In this document: positions 35,684 to 43,299 of the stretch, piece by piece
Layout of the letters: every line of letters begins with the position of its first letter
Position numbering within the stretch: the stretch's first letter is position 1
Virus record (IMG/VR): IMGVR_UViG_3300033076_000328
Coordinates: 1-46,708 of that record
Reading direction: 5' to 3' (one strand)
Source: a virus
Lineage: Duplodnaviria > Caudoviricetes
Length of the DNA stretch: 46,708 nucleotides
The notes under the pieces: generated by a model
Told to the model about the DNA's origin: nothing
What the model saw: the letters and a program-made list of their open reading frames with translations, nothing else
The model's database searches: none
Translations under genes and position numbers: made by a program

Positions 35684-35854
35684 ATGTATCAACAAATCAA
35701 ACCAGCGTTTGAGGGTCAAGAAGTCCATTGCATCAAGCGCCTTGCAGACAACGCCTTCATACCCTTCGACCCCGCTAATGTTGACTATCAGGAATACTTG
35801 AAGTGGCTCTCCGAGGGCAACCAACCTCTCCCAGCAGATGAGGAGCAAAAATGA
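35684..35854 (+). CDS. Small tail fibre chaperone-like protein (not in the ORF track)
   Basis: IKRLADNAFIPFDPANVDYQEYLKWLSEGNQPLPAD. Confidence 0.7.
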   Translation: MYQQIKPAFEGQEVHCIKRLADNAFIPFDPANVDYQEYLKWLSEGNQPLPADEEQK

Positions 35855-36801
35855 CTTTGATTCTTTCAGGCACGGACGGTCTGTCCGATATTGATGGTTC
35901 TGCTGCCACCCCGGCTATTCGGGGCACGGATACCAATACTGGCATCTTCTTCCCTGCGGCTGACACGATTGCCTTCTCTGAGGGCGGTGTGGAGGCGATG
36001 CGTATTGATAGCTCTGGCAACGTGGGCATCGGGACGAGTTCGCCAAGCGGGAGTCTTGATATTGGGGGCGCAACACCAACTATTAGGATAGCTCCATCAA
36101 CTACGACAAATAACGCTTTACTACGGTGCGTTAACGCTGGCGGCACTGCTTACATCGGACTTGACAGCAGCGCGGCTGGTCTTAGTAGTGCTTACGCATT
36201 GAATTTGTATCATTCTGGCGCTTACCCAATTGACTTTACTACAAACGGCATATTTCGCGCCCGTATCGACAGCAGCGGGAATCTGCTGGTGAACACCACA
36301 AGCAATCCCGGCACCTCCGCTAAGTTTGTTGTTTCCGGCAACTCGGATGGTACCTTCAACCCGATGACGGTTGTGCAGGAAGCTGCCGGAAGCACAAGCC
36401 GAACCTCGATTCAGTTTTACAGGAACTCTGCTGCTACTGCTGTTGGAACAATTACCACCACCAATGCGGCGACTGCTTATAACACCTCCTCCGACTACCG
36501 TCTGAAAGAGCAAGTACAGCCGATGACTGGAGCGCTTGCGCGTGTCACTGCGCTCAAGCCGGTGACGTACAAGTGGAAGGTGGACGGCAGCAGTGGCGAG
36601 GGTTTCATCGCCCATGAGCTTGCGGAAGTCGTGCCTCAGTGCGTGACGGGCGAGAAAGACGCTGTGGATGCTGAAGGCAAACCCGTCTACCAAGGCATCG
36701 ACACCAGCTTCCTCGTGGCAACCCTTACGGCGGCAATTCAAGAACAACAAGCCATCATCCAATCCCTTACAGCCCGTATTGAGGCACTGGAAGGAAAATA
36801 A
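35851..36801 (+). CDS. Tail fibre with C-terminal intramolecular chaperone (peptidase S74)
   Basis: RIDSSGNVGIGT repeats; TSSDYRLKE, GFIAHEL, C-terminal coiled coil. Confidence 0.85.
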   Translation: MTLILSGTDGLSDIDGSAATPAIRGTDTNTGIFFPAADTIAFSEGGVEAMRIDSSGNVGIGTSSPSGSLDIGGATPTIRIAPSTTTNNALLRCVNAGGTAYIGLDSSAAGLSSAYALNLYHSGAYPIDFTTNGIFRARIDSSGNLLVNTTSNPGTSAKFVVSGNSDGTFNPMTVVQEAAGSTSRTSIQFYRNSAATAVGTITTTNAATAYNTSSDYRLKEQVQPMTGALARVTALKPVTYKWKVDGSSGEGFIAHELAEVVPQCVTGEKDAVDAEGKPVYQGIDTSFLVATLTAAIQEQQAIIQSLTARIEALEGK

Positions 36802-38004
36802 ATGCCAAGCGTAATTAACAGCGACAACGGCGTAATCTCTGGCACCTCTGGTCTGAAGACCTCTGGCAGTAACGATGGTCTGCTGGACTTCCAGTCCAAT
36901 GGCACCCGAATTGCCGGTATCACCACATCAGCGTTTCAGGTTGGTACAAACAACATCTCTGCCGTCAACTCAATGGGCTTCCGCAACCGTATCATCAACG
37001 GGGATATGCGGATTGACCAGAGGAACGCTGGGGCGAGTGTGAGCCTTAGTGGGTTGGCAGTAACGTACACCCTTGACAGATGGGCGATTCGGAGCGATAC
37101 GGATGCAATTGTGTCTGTTCAGCAATCGTCTACTGCTCCTACCGGCTTCAATAACTCTTTGCTGTACACGGTCACGACCGCAGACTCGTCATTAGGCGCA
37201 ACGCAAAACTACTCTGTCCAGCAACGCGTTGAAGGCTTCAACATGGCTGATTTTGGGTGGGGTACTGCTTCTGCACAAACAGTCACGTTGTCATTCTGGG
37301 TTCGTTCAAGTTTGACTGGAACATTTGGCGGCGCAATTTCAAACTCGGCAGCTAACCGCAGTTACCCGTTCACATACACAATCAGTGCTGCGAATACTTG
37401 GGAACAAAAGACAGTAACGCTTGCTGGCGACACGACAGGTACTTGGCTCACAACCAACGGTATTGGTGCTTATATTTACTTCTCAACAGGCGCAGGCTCC
37501 TCTGTTAGCGGAACCGCTGGCGCATGGGCTGGGTCTGACTTCCGTTCAGCCACCGGCGCAACCTCTGTCGTCGGCACAAACGGAGCCACCTTCTACATCA
37601 CCGGAGTCCAGTTAGAAGCCGGTTCGGTCGCCACCCCGTTTGAGCGCAGGGACTACGGGCGTGAGTTGATGATGTGTCAGAGGTATTACCAAAGGATTGG
37701 TTCAACAGGAGCGGTTAATGCCGCCGTGGCATCTGGGGTAAATTTTTTAACCACAACTGCAATAACATACTGTAAATTTATCACTACCATGCGCGCTGCG
37801 CCGACCGGCTCTGTTACTACTGCAAGCAATTTTTCGCTGCTATCAGGTGGGTATGCCACAACCGGATCGGCTGTGACCGTCTACACAATGGGAACGGATT
37901 CAACTCGTGTTGATGTCACAACTGCCGGACTTACAACGGGGCAGGGCAGCGTGCTTTACATCGCTTCAACCACTGATGCAATCCAACTTGCTGCGGAGTT
38001 GTAA
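36802..38004 (+). CDS. Tail fibre / receptor-binding protein 2 (paralogue of 34620..35681)
   Basis: RNRIINGDMRIDQR, TGVQLEAGSVATPF, ELMMCQRYY. Confidence 0.8.
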   Translation: MPSVINSDNGVISGTSGLKTSGSNDGLLDFQSNGTRIAGITTSAFQVGTNNISAVNSMGFRNRIINGDMRIDQRNAGASVSLSGLAVTYTLDRWAIRSDTDAIVSVQQSSTAPTGFNNSLLYTVTTADSSLGATQNYSVQQRVEGFNMADFGWGTASAQTVTLSFWVRSSLTGTFGGAISNSAANRSYPFTYTISAANTWEQKTVTLAGDTTGTWLTTNGIGAYIYFSTGAGSSVSGTAGAWAGSDFRSATGATSVVGTNGATFYITGVQLEAGSVATPFERRDYGRELMMCQRYYQRIGSTGAVNAAVASGVNFLTTTAITYCKFITTMRAAPTGSVTTASNFSLLSGGYATTGSAVTVYTMGTDSTRVDVTTAGLTTGQGSVLYIASTTDAIQLAAEL

Positions 38005-38005
38005 T

Positions 38006-38218
38006 ATGTACAAAAAGTATTTTGATGTCGCTTTCCAGAAAGACGCAACTGGCGTAATTCGCCTCTCCGACAACGCATTCATCCCCTTCGACCCCGCAAA
38101 TACCGATTACGCCAATTTCAAGGCGCAGATCAATGCGGGCGAGACGCAGCTTGAAGACGCTGATGGCAACCTGATGAGCGCAGATACCGCCAAAACTTAT
38201 GTGGCTGGACTTCCGTAA
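38006..38218 (+). CDS. Small tail fibre chaperone-like protein
   Basis: IRLSDNAFIPFDPANTDY; paralogue of 35684..35854. Confidence 0.7.
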   Translation: MYKKYFDVAFQKDATGVIRLSDNAFIPFDPANTDYANFKAQINAGETQLEDADGNLMSADTAKTYVAGLP

Positions 38219-38227
38219 CAATGAATC

Positions 38228-38707
38228 ATGATCGACCCGATAACCGCTCTTGCCGCCGTCTCGTCGGCGGTCAATCTTGTCAAAAAGGCAGTTAAGACGG
38301 TACAAGACGTACAGTCACTGGGTCCGGTTCTTGGGCAGTATTTTGATGCCAAAGCGCAGGCAATAGAGGTTGTTGAGAAGGCAAAGACAGGGGCGTTCAG
38401 CGGTTCGATGTTGGGCAAGGCGCTGGAGGTGGAACTCCAGCTTGAGCAGATGCGGGAGTTTGAAGAGCAGGTAAAAATGCTCTTTTGGCAGGCAAACAAG
38501 ATGGATGTTTGGATGCGGATAACCGCCCGAGCCAAACAGATGGAAGCAGACGCAGCCCGTGCAGAAGGGCGGCGCAAAGCGGAAAAGAAGCGCAAACAGG
38601 CAGAGTTTGAAGAGTTGGTCCTGATCATCTCTGCCGTTTTTGTCACGGTAGTGGTTCTTGGAGCAACCTTCTATTTCGTCATGCAGGCAATGCAAAGGCA
38701 GTATTGA
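38228..38707 (+). CDS. Membrane protein, lysis-region hypothetical
   Basis: MIDPITALAA N-terminus, coiled coil, C-terminal TM helix. Confidence 0.7.
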   Translation: MIDPITALAAVSSAVNLVKKAVKTVQDVQSLGPVLGQYFDAKAQAIEVVEKAKTGAFSGSMLGKALEVELQLEQMREFEEQVKMLFWQANKMDVWMRITARAKQMEADAARAEGRRKAEKKRKQAEFEELVLIISAVFVTVVVLGATFYFVMQAMQRQY

Positions 38708-38708
38708 T

Positions 38709-39122
38709 ATGGACACGAAAGAACTGGAAGTATTCAAAGCCCAAGCCAAAGCCGAATTAAATCGTCTTGAGGCTGAGAGCACCGCCAAAGAGGTAGCGGG
38801 CAAAGCCATTGGCAAACATGGTCTTGCCTACATTACTGCGATTGTTGTGGTGGGCGTTGGAGCCAGTCTGGCGCTTGACGAGTCCAAGATTGCCGCTGTT
38901 ATTGGTCTGGTATCTGCCGCCCTGACTGCCTTGATTTCCATGCTCAACGGTATTGCCGGGGCGAACCCGAAGCAGGAAAAGCCTGAGTTTGAGATCATGC
39001 GCCAGTTGATTGACAAGTTGGACCGGCTTGACCGGCAAGAGCAGCCCATGCGGGTGGACGTTGAAGGCGACAAGGTCACCGTCCGCAAGGGTGACGATGT
39101 TGTGACGGCAAAGAAAGACTGA
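38709..39122 (+). CDS. Two-TM membrane protein (possible holin/antiholin)
   Basis: Two hydrophobic helices; start at ATG 38709. Confidence 0.65.
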   Translation: MDTKELEVFKAQAKAELNRLEAESTAKEVAGKAIGKHGLAYITAIVVVGVGASLALDESKIAAVIGLVSAALTALISMLNGIAGANPKQEKPEFEIMRQLIDKLDRLDRQEQPMRVDVEGDKVTVRKGDDVVTAKKD

Positions 39123-39134
39123 CAAAGGATATAT

Positions 39135-39551
39135 ATGTTCCCTCTTGCAGCACTCCTTGATGTCGGCGGCAAGCTCATCGACAAACTCATTCCTGACCCC
39201 GAAGCCAAAGCCAAGGCGCAAATGGACTTGGCAAAGATGGCTCAGGACGGCGAACTCGCCAAGATGGCGAACGACACCAAGCTCTTTGAGATTGAGCATA
39301 CGAACGTCACCGAGCGGTGGCGCTCTGACATGGGTTCAGATTCTTGGCTGTCCAAGAACATCCGTCCTCTGGCTCTGATTGCCATCTTCGTGGCGTATTT
39401 CCTGTTTACGGCGCTGTCAGCGTTTGGCTACTACGCACAGGAGTCCTACGTCCAACTGCTCGGGCAGTGGGGGCAGATCATCTTCCTCGCCTACTTCGGC
39501 GGTCGCACTGTTGAGAAGCTGGCTGATATGAAATACGGGAAAGACAAATGA
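39135..39551 (+). CDS. Holin (3TM, GTA-holin-like)
   Basis: KLIDKLIPDPEAKAKAQ, DSWLSKNIRP, AYFGGRTVEK. Confidence 0.8.
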   Translation: MFPLAALLDVGGKLIDKLIPDPEAKAKAQMDLAKMAQDGELAKMANDTKLFEIEHTNVTERWRSDMGSDSWLSKNIRPLALIAIFVAYFLFTALSAFGYYAQESYVQLLGQWGQIIFLAYFGGRTVEKLADMKYGKDK

Positions 39552-40057
39552 AGCACAACTGGGAAGAAGCGCTCAAGCACATCCTCAAGTGGGAGGGCGG
39601 GTATGTCAACCATCCGTCTGATCCGGGCGGCATGACCAACTTAGGGGTGACAAAACGTGTCTGGGAAGAGTGGACCGGCAAGCCTGCGACTGAAGCAGAT
39701 ATGCGTGGACTTACCATTGAGATGGTGTCTCCCCTTTACAAGAAGCGTTATTGGGACGCTGTGCGTGGGGATGATCTTCCTAGTGGTGTGGATTTGTGCG
39801 TTTTTGATTGTGCCGTCAATGCTGGTGTTGGGCGGGCTTCTCGATTCCTTCAGCAGGCTGTGGGCGTGGTGGCAGATGGTGCAATTGGTCCCAAGACGCT
39901 GGAAGCCGTGACAAAAATGTCCGCTGATGAGATCATCGAGAAGTTCTGTGATTTGCGTGAATCACATTACAAGAGCCTGAATACCTTCGCGACGTTTGGA
40001 AAAGGATGGATGCGTAGGCTCGATGGCATTGAAGCTGAATCCAAACACATGGCGTGA
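39548..40057 (+). CDS. Endolysin, glycoside hydrolase family 108 with peptidoglycan-binding domain
   Basis: EGGYVNHPSDPGGMTNLGVT, FDCAVNAG, DGAIGPKT, FGKGWMRR. Confidence 0.92.
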   Translation: MKHNWEEALKHILKWEGGYVNHPSDPGGMTNLGVTKRVWEEWTGKPATEADMRGLTIEMVSPLYKKRYWDAVRGDDLPSGVDLCVFDCAVNAGVGRASRFLQQAVGVVADGAIGPKTLEAVTKMSADEIIEKFCDLRESHYKSLNTFATFGKGWMRRLDGIEAESKHMA

Positions 40058-40066
40058 TGTTTAAAA

Positions 40067-41932
40067 ATGTCATTTACCAAAGTCAGGATCAAGCCCGGAG
40101 TCAATCGAGACACCACGAACTACGCCAATGAGGGCGGGTACTACGAGTCCGAGAAGATCCGGTTTCTCTCAGGTTATCCACAGAAAATTGGTGGATGGCA
40201 GAGCGCAGACACGGTTTCTATCAAGGGCATCTGCCGACAGATGTTCAACTATGTCACGACCAACAGTGACAATGTTTTGTGGATTGGCACGACCAACCAT
40301 CTATATGCCGAAGTTGGCGGCAACCTGCAAGACCTGACCCCTGCCCGGGCGACCTTTGTTTCCCCTGCAACTAACAACTGCTTTGACACGACCAATGGCT
40401 CCAAGATTGTCAATGTAAACATTGTGGGGCATGGAGTAAATGACACAGGGCAGTTTGTGACCTTCTCCGGTGTTGTGGGTCCAATTGGCGGTATTCCAGA
40501 GGCAGAGTTCAACGCTGAGTTTCAGGTCTATGCGATTGTCAATGTTGACAATTTCCAAATTGAGATGACCACCGCTGCCACCAGCACGGTCAGCAATCAA
40601 GGCGGCACTGGCATCACGGCTGTATTCCCGATCATCCCGGGCAGTGACTACGATACCTACGGATATGGCTGGAGTGCTGGTCCTTGGAGCCGTTTGGGCT
40701 GGGGCACTGGCACTATCAATCCTTTGGTCATTGATCAGAGGGATTGGTGGTACGACAATTTCGACGATGACACGGTCATGAACATTCGTAACGGTACGCC
40801 TTACTACTGGGCGTATGAGACGACCTTCAGTGTCCGTGCCATTCCGATGTCCACCGCTGCAACCAACGCTGGGTTTACGGGGACAAATGTCCCTTTAAAG
40901 GTCATGCAGTTGATGGTTTCGCAGAATGACCGTCACCTCTGTGCATTTGGAGCCACTCAGTTTGGCTCTTCAGCCTTTGACCCGATGCTGATCCGGTGGG
41001 CAGATCAGGGGGAGCCTTTGAATTGGACCCCCAGCCCAACCAATTCGGCAGGCTTTTACAGGCTGTCTCGTGGTTCCAAGATTGTCCGGGCGATTGCCAC
41101 TCGGCAGGAGATTCTGGTTCTGACCGACTCCACCATGTACTCCATGCAGTTCACCGGGACCACGGATGTGTTTGCCTTCCAAGAGATGGCAGACCATATC
41201 TCTATCGCCAGCCCTCGGTCGATCTCTGTTGCCAATAACGTGGCATATTGGATGGGGCAGGACAAGTTCTATATGTATTCGGGGCGAGTAGAGACTTTGC
41301 CTTGTACGCTCAGGAATCATATTTTCAGCAACCTGAACTACTCACAGACCAATCAGATCATCTCTGGCACCAATGAGCGTTGGAATGAAATCTGGTGGTT
41401 TTACCCCACAGGCAACTCAAATGTACCGGACAGCTATGTGATCTACAACTATGTAGAGCAGATCTGGTACTACGGCACTCTGACCAGAACGGCTTGGCTG
41501 GATTCTGTGGTGAGACAGTATCCACAAGCCATCAACAATCAGTATCTGTACAGCCATGAATTGGGTGTGGATGCTGATGGGTCTGCCATGACCTCTTACA
41601 TCGTCACTTCAGACTTCGACATTGCAGACGGGGAAGATTTCCTGTTGATCAAAAGGATCATCCCTGACATCAACTTTGCGGGATCAACGGCTGCAACCCC
41701 GCAGGTTCTGTTGACGGTCAAGCCCAGAAACTTCCCCGGCACCAACTACACGGGTGCCAATCAGCCTTTGGTCGAGTTGTCTTCTACCGTTCCAGTAGAG
41801 CAGTACACAGAGCAGATATTCATCCGTGCCCGGGCGCGTCAGATGGGCTTGAAAATCTATTCTGATGGGCTGGGGGTGATGTGGCAGATGGGTCTTCCTA
41901 GATTGGACGGACGCAAGGATGGCAGACGGTGA
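40067..41932 (+). CDS. Tail stabilisation / tubular protein B-like
   Basis: KPGVNRDTT, DPMLIRWADQ, YWMGQDKFY, EIWWFYP; beta-propeller-like. Confidence 0.8.
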   Translation: MSFTKVRIKPGVNRDTTNYANEGGYYESEKIRFLSGYPQKIGGWQSADTVSIKGICRQMFNYVTTNSDNVLWIGTTNHLYAEVGGNLQDLTPARATFVSPATNNCFDTTNGSKIVNVNIVGHGVNDTGQFVTFSGVVGPIGGIPEAEFNAEFQVYAIVNVDNFQIEMTTAATSTVSNQGGTGITAVFPIIPGSDYDTYGYGWSAGPWSRLGWGTGTINPLVIDQRDWWYDNFDDDTVMNIRNGTPYYWAYETTFSVRAIPMSTAATNAGFTGTNVPLKVMQLMVSQNDRHLCAFGATQFGSSAFDPMLIRWADQGEPLNWTPSPTNSAGFYRLSRGSKIVRAIATRQEILVLTDSTMYSMQFTGTTDVFAFQEMADHISIASPRSISVANNVAYWMGQDKFYMYSGRVETLPCTLRNHIFSNLNYSQTNQIISGTNERWNEIWWFYPTGNSNVPDSYVIYNYVEQIWYYGTLTRTAWLDSVVRQYPQAINNQYLYSHELGVDADGSAMTSYIVTSDFDIADGEDFLLIKRIIPDINFAGSTAATPQVLLTVKPRNFPGTNYTGANQPLVELSSTVPVEQYTEQIFIRARARQMGLKIYSDGLGVMWQMGLPRLDGRKDGRR

Positions 41933-43269
41933 TTATCAAGAAGTTCAAAGCACCTGCCCTTCCGATACCGAAGAGGGAGTACGATCAGACCGAGCAGACC
42001 GATCTGATCCGTGCTCTGCGTTTGTACTTCAACCTGCTGGATGACTATCTCAACAATCTGACAAATGAGGTCAATGGCTTTATGGAACCTTTTTCCGCAA
42101 CATCCTTAGATGCGTTTGGAAGGCTCCGTATTGCCCAGCCTTACACCCTTTTTGACAGCCAGAATCGCTACCAAAAAGACCCGCAATTCAGTGAAGAACT
42201 GGCAACCGGGGGCACTGCCACTCATGTGGCAAACGAATCCAGTGTTGACTTGGCGGTTACCACGACCTCTGGCAGTAAAGCGGTGCGTCAATCTTTCCGT
42301 TCCTTCCCGTATCAGCCGGGGAAGAGTTTGATGGTCTTGGCTACGTTTGTGATGAACGCTGGCAAAGAAAACCTACGCCAGCGGGTTGGTTATTTCAATA
42401 CTGACAACGGCGTGTTTTTCCAAGTCAATGGAACAACCAAGTCTTTTGTTTTGAGAACCAACACCTCTGGCACCCCCAGCGATGTCCGGACGGTCAATCA
42501 GGCAGACTGGAATGGTGACAAGCTCGATGGCTCTGGCACCTCTGGAATCACACTGGACATTACCAAAGCACAAATCCTGTACATGGATTTTGAGTGGCTT
42601 GGCGTGGGTTCTGTGCGCTGTGGATTCGTGATTGATGGCAAGTTTTATGTCTGCCATACCTTCAACAACGCCAATGAGATTGACAAGGTCTACATGACCA
42701 CAGCAATCTTGCCGGTCAGGTATGAGATTGAAAACACGGGCACAACCGCCTCTGCTTCTACCCTGACTCAAATCTGTTCTTCGGTGATCTCCGAGGGCGG
42801 TTACGATCAGAAGGCTATCCCTCAGTGGGCAAGACGTACCACGACTTTGACTGGTGTGACCACCACGTTCGTGCCTATCGTTTCAATTCGACTCAAAAGC
42901 ACCTCTCTTGGCGCGGTTGTGATTCCTTCCGTGTTCCATGCCATTCCTATTGGATCGACCTTGGACTACGAGGTTGTACTGCTCAAAAACCCAACGCTGA
43001 CTGGCGCGTCGTGGACAAGCAACTCGACGAACGTAGAACGGGATGTGACCGCCACCGCATTGACTGGTGGCACGATTGTCGATCTGGACTACGTTTCTGG
43101 CAGCAATCAAGGCAGCGGCGTAGTGAGTGAGGGCAGTGACTACAACTTTGACCTGCAACTGGGCGCAAGCATCAGCGGCACCAGTGACATCTACACGGTG
43201 GCTGCAAGAACCATTTCTGGTACAGATTCCATCATTGGATCGATGTCCTACTACGACCTAACTGATTGA
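41929..43269 (+). CDS. Virion structural protein
   Basis: APALP..LRLYFN N-terminus, DAFGRLR, YQPGKS, EWLGVG. Confidence 0.7.
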   Translation: MIIKKFKAPALPIPKREYDQTEQTDLIRALRLYFNLLDDYLNNLTNEVNGFMEPFSATSLDAFGRLRIAQPYTLFDSQNRYQKDPQFSEELATGGTATHVANESSVDLAVTTTSGSKAVRQSFRSFPYQPGKSLMVLATFVMNAGKENLRQRVGYFNTDNGVFFQVNGTTKSFVLRTNTSGTPSDVRTVNQADWNGDKLDGSGTSGITLDITKAQILYMDFEWLGVGSVRCGFVIDGKFYVCHTFNNANEIDKVYMTTAILPVRYEIENTGTTASASTLTQICSSVISEGGYDQKAIPQWARRTTTLTGVTTTFVPIVSIRLKSTSLGAVVIPSVFHAIPIGSTLDYEVVLLKNPTLTGASWTSNSTNVERDVTATALTGGTIVDLDYVSGSNQGSGVVSEGSDYNFDLQLGASISGTSDIYTVAARTISGTDSIIGSMSYYDLTD

Positions 43270-43293
43270 CGTTTAAACGCGAAAAAGGATAAT
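43266..43293 (+). promoter_or_regulatory. Putative promoter for the ejection-protein genes
   Basis: TTGACG-N16-GATAAT overlapping GTTTAAAC at 43271. Confidence 0.4.
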
Positions 43294-43299
43294 GTCAAT

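Noticed and set aside
34620-38004. Diversity-generating retroelement TR/VR pair
   Set aside because: Mismatches are not adenine-specific, both copies are coding, and no reverse transcriptase is present in the window
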